A stretch of 64,000 nt of DNA from Antedon mediterranea (taxonomy: Eukaryota > Animalia > Echinodermata), in contig NC_092680.1 of NCBI RefSeq assembly GCF_964355755.1, forward strand, positions 5,518,001 to 5,582,000, in the 5' to 3' direction. Below are positions 52,151-62,188 of the stretch, one piece after another. Position 1 is the first letter of the stretch, and the number at the start of each line of letters is the position of its first letter. The position numbers and the translations under genes are program-made. The notes beneath the pieces are model-generated. The model was not told the origin of the DNA, ran no database searches, and was given only the letters and a program-made list of their open reading frames with translations.

Positions 52151-53425
52151 ATGTTATATGATTACGTTCTTCGATGGGGCTTAGTGTTGATGTATTACAA
52201 TTTGTTAGTTGATGGTCTTACCACAATACATCCTACTGAAATGCAAGTGTTGGTGGGAGATAATGCTACCTTTGAATGCAGCACTAGTGGTATTCGAGAT
52301 ACGACGAGATGGTGGTGGTTTAAAACATCCAGTCACGATATTACATTAATAGCAAATGAGGAAGGATATTTCGATGTCAGATATAAATTAAATATTGACG
52401 TTGATAGAAGGAAAAGTACACTGACAATATTAAATATCACAGTTGAGGATGGCAAAGCTCAATATTACTGTCAACAGGGATCGGTATCAATGAATGCCAC
52501 ACTCATCGTTATCACAGGAACAAAGTTAGACACAACATATCCAGAATGTCAATCTGATAACAGTGTCGTCAATACAAAGAAAACACTTACACTGACATGC
52601 AGTGCAAGTGGTGGCAATCCAAGGCCATTATTACAATGGTACAGAAACGGTACAAAGGTTACAGAACAGGATCAAAATCAAAATTCGGAAAATGAATTAT
52701 CATATTCTGCTGTTTTGAGCCGCTTGTTGACTGTTGATGATGAGACGGCAATATTTACATGTAAAGCAGAAGGTATAGCAGCAACTGTCAACCAAAGTTG
52801 TTCCATAAAACCAGCAATTCCACCAACGGTCATTATCATTGCAAACACAACATATTTTGCAGATGGCGACTCTTTAGATTTCACGTGTAAGGTAATGACC
52901 CCTTGGAACATTACACATTTTATTTGGATGATTGATAACCAGTTAGTCACTTTGAGCACATCCAGTAAAAACGACGGGAGTGTCCTTACAATATTTGATC
53001 TCGATCAAACTTATAACATTATTAGATGTAACGTAACCACTGCATCTGGATTAGTTGGTAATGACGATGTTGAAATTAACTATGTAGGCCTAGATAAAAT
53101 GGATGATGACTCAACAGCTACCAATTTAACACTGGCTCTATGTCTTTCAGTTGCTACGTTTTTAGTTGGATTTATCATTGGTAGTCTGGTAACATTTCGG
53201 AAAACCCGTAAATCTCACTGTGTAAATGAACCTCAGCCTGAATCAAAACAACCTGCTGAAAATACAAATCTAGGCTTAAGTTCTTCTGTTGATAAACCTT
53301 ATTATCATGAGACAATCATTTCGTCTGAACAGATTGTTTCCTCGGAAACTGATTATTCAGAACTAACTCCAACGACTCCTTCAATATACAGCGAATTAAA
53401 TGAACCGAAGGTGCAGAAGAAGTGA
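52151..53425 (+). CDS. IgSF receptor 5: signal peptide, V, C2, C2/I, TM, ITAM tail (424 aa, single coding exon)
   Basis: Uninterrupted ORF with TM LTLALCLSVATFLVGFIIGSLVTF and ETDYSELTPTTPSIYSEL at 53345-53398. Confidence 0.9.
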   Translation: MLYDYVLRWGLVLMYYNLLVDGLTTIHPTEMQVLVGDNATFECSTSGIRDTTRWWWFKTSSHDITLIANEEGYFDVRYKLNIDVDRRKSTLTILNITVEDGKAQYYCQQGSVSMNATLIVITGTKLDTTYPECQSDNSVVNTKKTLTLTCSASGGNPRPLLQWYRNGTKVTEQDQNQNSENELSYSAVLSRLLTVDDETAIFTCKAEGIAATVNQSCSIKPAIPPTVIIIANTTYFADGDSLDFTCKVMTPWNITHFIWMIDNQLVTLSTSSKNDGSVLTIFDLDQTYNIIRCNVTTASGLVGNDDVEINYVGLDKMDDDSTATNLTLALCLSVATFLVGFIIGSLVTFRKTRKSHCVNEPQPESKQPAENTNLGLSSSVDKPYYHETIISSEQIVSSETDYSELTPTTPSIYSELNEPKVQKK

Positions 53426-54570
53426 ATAGACGATACTATAAGATTTTCATAAGATTCATCTCTGGAATGTGTATTTTTTATACAGGAAGGCTAGTTTTTA
53501 ACTAATTTTGTTTGTGCACATGACACCAAATTCACAATTTAGGTTTTGACTTAAAAACTTTTAGTAGAGAAACCTTATTAATTATATGCTTTGAATATTA
53601 CATGTACAGTTTTTATAATTTTAAAATATTTAACATGAAAATTGCTTGTATTGTGCAAAACCTCATCGTAGGACATCAAAACGTTTTACAGTTTAGAGGT
53701 ACGATTATTATTAAGCATGTACGTTCATAAAGGATTATGGAATAAGCTCCGTAATGTGATCATTGTTTTGCATTATGTAAATTTGGTGGCATTTAAACAA
53801 GTACAGTACAGTATACCAGTCACTATTTTTTTTTTGTATTAAATGATTGTATCGATTAATTAATTAATGTATCGGTTAAAAGTAGTGGACTTTTTTTCTA
53901 ATAAATTGAGTCGGAATAATATTATTCTATGATGATGATGATGGATGCTATATTATTGTTTTAAATGTAATATATTGAATCCTGGCATAATAATGTATGT
54001 ATTTATTTTACGTGTGATTTATCCGTTTGGTTTCAAATTGCTCGTGTTATGATGACCTCTTATTTGACATGTACATATGCAAGTTGTCACTTTCTAATGC
54101 GCATCCTAGATTAATATTCACACAGCACACATTCACATAGCGTCTTTTATTTTCGTAAAGTCTTAACACAATAAAGTTTCATATCCAGTATTGCTTTTTT
54201 TTAAATTTTTTAGCTTACATTATTTCAAAGTGAAGACATTTTTTTTTAATTTGACAGCACTTTTATCAGGGAAGAGTGCGCTTTTATTATACTTACTCCT
54301 CCAATGCAAATTAGTATATAACCACATAATATTTAGGCGAAAAAATAACTGCTAGTAACAATAAGTTATATAGCGTACATATCCACTGCTCAAGGTGTTG
54401 GCTTGTATTTGCAAAATGCATTACACTTGTACGTTCTTGCTAGAAACTCTATCAAAACCTCTTATGGATCATTTTTTAAATATTTATAATACGTAATAAA
54501 ATCCATTTCTTTTGTTTACAATTTCAGACCAAAATTACTATCACTACAATACATTTCGGCATTGTTTATT

Positions 54571-54711
54571 AAAGCTTGGTTCCCACGCGGACATAACGCA
54601 ACGTAAGCAATCTAACCAATCACCAGTGATGGATTATCCGAACTGTCGCTTATGATTGGTCAACTTGTGATTGGTCAACCTTGCGTTGCGTTCTAGTGGG
54701 AACGAAGCTTT
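54571..54711. mobile_element. Palindromic MITE related to 27145-27323
   Basis: AAGCTTGGTTCCCAC...GTGGGAACGAAGCTT termini with ACGCAACG/CGTTGCGT inside. Confidence 0.65.
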
Positions 54712-54897
54712 ATGATTTGTACGTACGGTGCGCCCTCTACATAGGTATAGGGCTAGATGTGTTCCTATGAGAATAGTAACGTCATAAAAAACATGTTCAA
54801 ATACTACTGCCCTGGTATAGCTATCGCTATATTGTAATGGTTCTAAACAAATAATAGTGCTATTGGATTTTTTAGAGTAATTTATAGGCGAAACTTA

Positions 54898-55400
54898 AGG
54901 CCTTTTCACACAGAACTTCGGCAATATTGCGGTAAGCAAGCCGGCGTTATTGCCGGTCTAAACCCATTCACACAGAAGGTAATTATTACTAACTAGGGCC
55001 TAGGCTTACGTACGTTACAGCAAGTTAAATAATCTTTGGACCAACATCTGTTATGTTTTTATTATTATTGGCCGTATTTTTCCAGTGTATTATTTACAAA
55101 CTAACCTAAAAATATATATATATAATGGATATAATCTAATAATTTGGCCTAAAGTAATTGCCACAGTCTTTCTCAATCAAGGAAAATGTCCCGAATTTAT
55201 CCTTGCTTCACTGCTTAAGCAGGTGTTATATCGTGGACTCTTTCACACAGATCAGGCTTACGACCGTGACGGTAATATTACCGCAATTTTACTAGGTCCA
55301 GAGGCGGTCTAACGGAAGCCGGCATTAAGGGGTTTTTACCCTTTCACACATAAGCCGGCGTTCGCGAATTACCGCAATATTACCGTCTTACAAAGGGGCT
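54898..55400. mobile_element. MITE-like insertion upstream of IgSF receptor 6
   Basis: Inverted repeat CGGCAATATTGCGGTAA (54919-54935) and TTACCGCAATATTACCG (55369-55385), repeated TTCACACA. It interrupts GAAACTTA|GTTGACATAAC, which is intact at 47641. Confidence 0.55.
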
Positions 55401-55679
55401 ATAATTTAGTTGACATAACCGAAACAATATGTTTTTGAAAAGAAATTTAACTCAATACCTTTGTTAACGTTATGTAAATATTATTTATGACCCACATTGA
55501 ATGAAATGTGCCACTGCGTGTCATACACAAAAAAACATAAATTGAAATATAACACACGCGTTTAACCGAGACCAAAATACAACCATCGAACAATCGTTTT
55601 AGTTTCTGTGAATAAGGAATTCATTTAGATCAGATAAGCTCGCAATAAACATCATTTTGACGAAGTAAAGCGCAGTAAG

Positions 55680-57206
55680 ATGGTATACTCTTACCTTGTT
55701 CGATGTTGGTTAATGTTGATTTATTACAGTTCCTTTGTTAATACTCAGATGAAACCTACAATACATCCTACTGAAATTCAAGTGTTGGTGGGAGATAATG
55801 CTATTTTTGAATGCAGTACTAGTAGTACACCGTCAGATGAGAAGTGGTGGTGGTGGTTTAAAGTATTTAGTCACTCTACTATAACAATAGCGAATGAACA
55901 AGGGTTTAGTAATACCAAATATGAGTTAAACATTGATGACGACAGAAAGAAGAGTACACTGACAATATTAAATATTACAGAGGAGGATGGTGAGGTTCAA
56001 TATTACTGTCAATATGGAATTATATCAACGAATGCCACACTCATTGCTATCACAGGAACAAAATTAGACTCAAAGTATCCTCAGTGCCAATCTGATAACA
56101 GTGTAGTCAATACTAATAGCAATCTTACCCTGACATGCAGTGCAAGCGGTGGCAATCCTAGACCAGAATTACAATGGTACAAAAACGGTAACAAGGTTAC
56201 AGAACAAGATAACGTTCCGAGCTCTCTCGATGAATCTTATTCTGTTGAAGAGTTGACTTATTTATTAACTTCTGAAGATGAAAGGGCTATATTTACCTGC
56301 AATGCAGAGGGTGTAGCAGCAACTGTCAATCAAAATTGTTCCATAACGCTCACAATTCCACCGACGGTCACTATCATTACAAACACCACATCCTTTGCTG
56401 TTGGAGACTCATTAGAACTTACATGTACCGTAATGAGCCCGTGGAATATAACTTTATATACATGGAATTATGGTGATCAGCCAGTTAAGCAAAGTACAAA
56501 GTTCAAACTAAACAGTGACAATACTGAATTAACTATATTAAATTTACAATCAGAAGATGATGAGAAAGAAGTAGAATGTACAGCTGTGACGTCATCTGGA
56601 TTGACTGGTAATGATTCTGTAATAATTACAATATATGATTCGAAGGAGGAGGAGGAGAAGAAAAATAGCACACTGTTAATAATACTGATAGTAGCTGGAG
56701 CTGTAGTTTTGATACTATTAGTATGTCTTGCGATGTGCATACTATGTCAAAATCGAAAACGGAAAGGGCGAAGAGAAAATCGAAATAAAAACGTAACTTC
56801 AAGCTACTATGATAATGTGCTAACGGAACAAGCAACTTCCATTCATTCGTATGAAAGGCGTATAGATATAACTGCTAGAGATGAGAATGAAGGAACAGTG
56901 AGCTACGTAAATACTTTAGACACTTTTGGAAGTAGGCCTAGTGGTACGTTCGTTGGCTTTGATAAAGACCAGGAGGGAACTGCGACAAATGAAGATGATA
57001 TTGATGCTTTGTATGCACAACCGGTAAAATCAAAAGCAAGCGTTGCAGGCCTACCAACAGATTTTGGAGAATTATATGCAAAACCAATGAAAGGAATAAA
57101 AAGTGAAGTTAGTAACCCTAATGAGGAAGTAGAAGATTTTGGAGAACTTTACGCAAAACCAAATAAAAGCAAAACAGTTCATTTGAACACAATGACGAGG
57201 AAGTAA
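55680..57206 (+). CDS. IgSF receptor 6: signal peptide, V, C2, C2/I, TM, long tail with SYYDNV, VSYVNT, ALYAQP and 2x ELYAKP (508 aa, single coding exon)
   Basis: Uninterrupted ORF with TM LLIILIVAGAVVLILLVCLAMCILC followed by a basic cluster. The last residues appear frameshifted or truncated relative to receptor 7. Confidence 0.9.
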   Translation: MVYSYLVRCWLMLIYYSSFVNTQMKPTIHPTEIQVLVGDNAIFECSTSSTPSDEKWWWWFKVFSHSTITIANEQGFSNTKYELNIDDDRKKSTLTILNITEEDGEVQYYCQYGIISTNATLIAITGTKLDSKYPQCQSDNSVVNTNSNLTLTCSASGGNPRPELQWYKNGNKVTEQDNVPSSLDESYSVEELTYLLTSEDERAIFTCNAEGVAATVNQNCSITLTIPPTVTIITNTTSFAVGDSLELTCTVMSPWNITLYTWNYGDQPVKQSTKFKLNSDNTELTILNLQSEDDEKEVECTAVTSSGLTGNDSVIITIYDSKEEEEKKNSTLLIILIVAGAVVLILLVCLAMCILCQNRKRKGRRENRNKNVTSSYYDNVLTEQATSIHSYERRIDITARDENEGTVSYVNTLDTFGSRPSGTFVGFDKDQEGTATNEDDIDALYAQPVKSKASVAGLPTDFGELYAKPMKGIKSEVSNPNEEVEDFGELYAKPNKSKTVHLNTMTRK

Positions 57207-57398
57207 CCGAATGTAAATATTATTTATAACCCACATTGAATCAAATGTGCCATTGCGTGTCATGCACAACAAAACAGACGCGTTTAACCAAGACCAACAG
57301 ACAACCATCGAAGAAACTTTTCAGTTTCTGTGAATCAGGAATACAAATAACTTCTTGTTTTACTGATATAGAACATCATTTTGAAGAATTAAAGCAAT

Positions 57399-60354
57399 AT
57401 GGTATTTTCCTACGTTATTCGATGTTGGTTAAAATGAACCTGAAATGGATTTTCGATTTTCAAGAAATTCACACATGTTATTTAAATGTATCAAATTAAC
57501 ACAAACCCATACAAATAAAAACAAAATGTATAGTATTTTGAGTAAAAATGAAATTTTAAGATACCATGGTAAATTAGCGAAAATTACTCACGCCATTGCA
57601 ATATATTATTTCAACGGCCGTCGGAAGCCCCTATATTCACGACGTCACATATACACACGATGATATCGAGAGCGTGTATGCCGCCCGATAGTCAGTGAAT
57701 GATCGACGGCCTGGAAAGATACCCGAAGCGTTGACACTAATACTAATTTATTCAATATCTAATGTTGTTGAAATATAGGTCCCTAAAATGTACTTCGTTT
57801 GTTCTAAAACCCGAATTTAGAAGGCCTACCTCCCAAACCTTTACTAGGCCTAACTAGGCTAGGCCCCCAATCCAGCGGAGTCGATCCACTACCCACATCA
57901 TGCGGCGAGGCTCCGTTTCATGTGCATCCAAGGACCAAAGCGATATCAACAACTTGCTGCGCTCATTGTCAAGCCAAAGTAAAATATGAATAAAATTCGT
58001 TTTCGAACTGCCTGATTCGTGACAAATAAATTATCATCTCATATTACTAATTTAATTCTGCTAAACTAAAAACTAAAGAAACTAACTAACACATTTTAGC
58101 AGTATAAATTACGAACGATATACAAAATACACGAACGGAAAATATGGATACGCATCATTGCGCACGGAGCTGTATCCCGGACAACGTTGCCAGGCCAACT
58201 TCGGTATTGCCAGAAAAAAACCGTTGATTTTAAGATTTTAAATCGTCATTTACTTGATAAATAACCGTTTATACGGTAATAATTTTATCTAAAAAAATTC
58301 TAAATACGTTTCTGCAAATGCACAAGCATTTTTTAGAAAATACTCCATAGATTTCAAGAGTTATAGCCAAAAAACTGCAAATTGTCCATTGGAGGGATAG
58401 GAATATATTCGCAAAGTGACGTCACCCGCGAATTTTTTTGATTTTCAAATAGGGCTTTCCTCAAAAGGGCCAATTTATATTTTGTAACAATATACATTCT
58501 ATCAACACCTAATAGCCCCCAAAACATCATTCTAAAATGAAAAAAATCGAAAATCCATTTCAGGTCCATTTTAATGTTGATTTATTACAGTTCGTTTGTT
58601 ATTACTCAGATGCCTACAATATATCCTACTGAAATCAAATCGTGGGTTGGAGATAAAGCTACCTTTGAATGCAGCACTAGTGATATTTCTTTAAATATGA
58701 CAAAATTGAGGTGGTTTAAAACATTCAATCAAATGGCTACACAAATAGCGATTGATGAAGGATTTATAAATGTCAGATATGAATTAATCATTGATGGATA
58801 TAAGAGTACATTGACAATAATAAATATCACAGTAGAGGATGGTAAATTTCAATATTCCTGTGAATATGGTTCTGTATCATCAATGACTGCTATACTCATA
58901 ATCATTAATGGAACTAAGTTAGACTCAAGGTATCCTGAGTGTCAATCTGATAACAGTGTAGTCAATACCGAAAAAAAACTTAAAATGACATGCAGTGCAA
59001 GTGGTGGCGATCCAATGCCATTGTTAAAATGGTATAGAAACGGCAACAATGTTACAGAACAGGACCAATCTCAAAGTTCTGTAGATGACTTATCTTATTT
59101 TGCTGTGTTGAACCATTTGTTGACTGCTGATGATGAGTCTGCAATTTTTACCTGCAAAGCAGATGGTGTAGCAGCAACTGTTGACCAAAGTTGTTCCATA
59201 AAGTTAGAAATTCCACCGATGGTCACTATTATTACAAACACAACTTTTGTTGCTGGGAGCTCATTAGAATTCACCTGTAAAGTAATGACTCCGTGGAATA
59301 TTACCACTTACATATGGAAGTATGGTGATCAACTAGTTGTTCCTAGTACAAAGTTCAAACTAAACAGTGACAATACTGAATTAACTATATCAAATTTACA
59401 ATCAGAAGATGACAAGAAAGTAGTAGAATGTACAGCTATGACGTCATCTGGATTGAATGGTAATGATTCTGTAATAATTTCAATATATGATTCGAATGAT
59501 CCGAATGAGGAGCAGGAAAAAAGCACACTGTTAATAATACTGGTAGTAGCTGGAGCTGTAGTTTTGATACTGTTGGTATGTCTTGCGATGTGCATACTAT
59601 GTCAAAATCGAAAAAGGAAAGGGCAAACAGAAAATCGAAATCAAAACGTTACTTCAAGCTACTATGAGAATGTGCTAAACAAAAATGAAACTGGTGATTT
59701 GGAACTAGCAACTTCCATTCACTCGTATGAAAGGCGTATAGATATAACTGCTAGACATGAGAATGAAGGAACAGTGAGCTACGTAAATGCATCATCATTG
59801 GACACATTTAGAATCAGGCCTAGTGATACGTCTGTTGGCTTTGATAAAGACCAGGAGGGAAATTCGACACATGACGACGATATTGATGCTTTGTATGCAC
59901 AACCGGTAAAATCAAAAGCAAGCGTTGTAGGTCTACAAACAGATTTTGGAGAATTATATGCAAAACCAATGAAAGGAGTAAAAGTGAAGTTAGTAACCCT
60001 AACGAGGAAGTAGATGATTTTGGAGAACTTTACGCCAAACCAAACAAAAGCAAAAAAGTTCACGCGAAACACAATAACGGGGAAGTAACCGATTTTGGAG
60101 AGATTTATGCAAAACCAAATAAAGGTGGAAAAGATCACACAAAACACAATGATGATGAAGTACAGGATTTTGGGGAACTTTACGCAAAACCAAATAAAAG
60201 CAAATCAGTTCACACGAAACACAATAACGAGGAAGTAACCGATTTTGGAGAGCTTTATGCAAAACCAAATAAAGGTGGAAAGGGTCATATGCAACACAAT
60301 AATGACGAAGTACAGGATATGGGTGACCTATATGCAAAACCAATAAAACTTTAA
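57399..60354 (+). CDS. IgSF receptor 7 (long-tail class): leader split by a transposon, tail with a 1-nt frameshift before five more YAKP repeats
   Basis: Leader codons 57399-57431 (MVFSYVIRCWL), then the insertion, then ORF 58574-60013. The tail continues in another frame to TAA at 60352-60354. Confidence 0.7.
57433..58570. mobile_element. Non-autonomous DNA transposon with TTAA target duplication and 28-bp TIRs (Kolobok-like)
   Basis: TTAA (57429-57432)|AATGAACCTGAAATGGATTTTCGATTTT ... AAAATCGAAAATCCATTTCAGGTCCATT|TTAA (58571-58574), 1 mismatch. RR...YY termini fit Kolobok better than piggyBac. The empty site TGGTTAATG is seen in paralogs. Confidence 0.85.
59942..60354 (+). repeat. 75-nt (25-aa) coding tandem repeat, D(F/M)G(E/D)(L/I)YAKP
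   Basis: Unit starts at 59942, 60016, 60091, 60166, 60241 and 60316. The first interval is 74 nt, marking the 1-nt deletion. Alternating A/B units give a 150-nt higher-order period. Confidence 0.9.
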
Positions 60355-61027
60355 AAATAGAAATATATATTTATGCTTCCTTTTCAGATATATTTTAGTT
60401 GGTTGATTTTTTACATTTCTGTGATAAATTTTTTTAGTTTTATATAAAATATAAGCATGTGTAACAACATTGCTAAAAATCTCACTTGGTTCAAATTTTC
60501 AAATAAAACTCTTAATCTTATCATAAAAAATAGATATTACAGGTGTTTTGAAATGTACCGTATTATTCTAGTATTAAAAGTGTTTTTCGATAATTTTGGC
60601 CTAGAGGTTATAGGCCTAATTCTTTGTATATATCAGACGATACATAATTTAAACCTATCATCACAAATCATAAATTTATTCATTTAAGCGAGTGAAGAAG
60701 AAAGTTGTATTTACTTTGCATCAGCTTAAAATAATATTTGAATTTGTCAAATAACCTCAAGATAATGTAGGATATGCTAGACATATTTAGTTTATTAAGC
60801 ATTTATTAACGCAGGGGCATAGAGTGTACGACCATCACATTTCTATTATCGATTTATGTGTACACACAATATCATCATAAAAGTCTGATAGCCTACTGAA
60901 AGAAAGCTATAAATAGTCCATAACTTTTGTATATACGAAACTGAAACCTGTGAATTACAATTTTTTCAGTTCGATTCACTTGATTATCACTATACTTTAT
61001 TTAAGCTTGTAATCTATTACCTATTAA

Positions 61028-61307
61028 AGATGTATTGCCTCCTGAAAAAATAATTCGTAAACATTTGTTTGTTAAATATGCCATTTGAATGTCCCATAAT
61101 AGTTATCCACTTTGACCAAAAATTTGATTGAAAAAAATGTATTTACCTGAAAAACTGTAATTTAAAGCAAAACTTAAAAGAAATGGTCTGCCAGCCAATG
61201 AATTTTTGGTTTTTTTCTACTGAAGTGATTAACTTTATTAAAACTACAAAATAACCTATTAAAGGTCTCATTTAATTTTTCATGTTTTTGGGGGAAAATA
61301 TACATCT
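61028..61307. mobile_element. TTAA-flanked MITE (Kolobok-like)
   Basis: TTAA|AGATGTATT...ATATACATCT|TTAA; same family as the copy at 4752. Confidence 0.7.
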
Positions 61308-62188
61308 TTAATTAATTAGTTAAGATGAAAAATCAAATTATAGCACACATAAAATAAATGCATTATTGAATTCAGACTTACAACCAACCTCCATTGTAAT
61401 TATATTCAAATCCAAATAAAGGAAGAAGTTAATCATACAAGTAAAGTATCTGATTTGAGAAATTTATTTAAAAATCAAAATTTTACATAAAGGTTCTCGA
61501 CGGTTACTTGGATCTTTGATAGTGCACAACGTAATTGAAGTGTCTAATCAGGATCACATTATAAAAAGTCTTTCAAATATATTTAGGCATTATTATTAAT
61601 GATCAGGGGTTCACTTTGACTTATATAAACTATTATTCTTTTCATTATGTAAACGCAAACGGTGTCAGTTTAATAAATCATTATAACATTTACGTTACTT
61701 ACTGTTTTCTGTGTTGTTTTTGGTTACTTTTTGTACAATCTGAAAAATAATTGAATAGCAAGATTTAATTTTTAACACTGTGTTGTTGAATAATATAAAC
61801 TAGAACATCAAATATTGAAAACTTTGGCACAATCGAGACTCGAATTTGCTCGATATTAAGATGTACAATATACTGTTGATAATATTATTTATGTTGATTT
61901 TTATTGGTTAACAATACTCGGAAATTGACCTTTAAAAAATCGTCTGTACTTTAAACCTAAGTGACTAATTACCGGTAAGACAAGGAAGCTATACAAATTA
62001 GAAAAATGCACGTTTAGATGTTTCTACAAGCAAAACGGATACAATATAATCACAATAAATAACACTTGATAAATAAAATGTGGGAAAATGTTACAAATAT
62101 TTTACTACTAAGAAAACTGCGGCTAGAGGAATATTCTTGTAGCCGGTTACGACTTCGTACTGCTACAGTACTACACTCTTTATTGAAA

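Noticed and set aside
59942-60354. CRISPR-like repeat-spacer array
   Set aside because: Eukaryotic context; the whole 75-nt unit is homologous, keeps codon phase and encodes YAKP motifs, with no unique spacers or cas genes.
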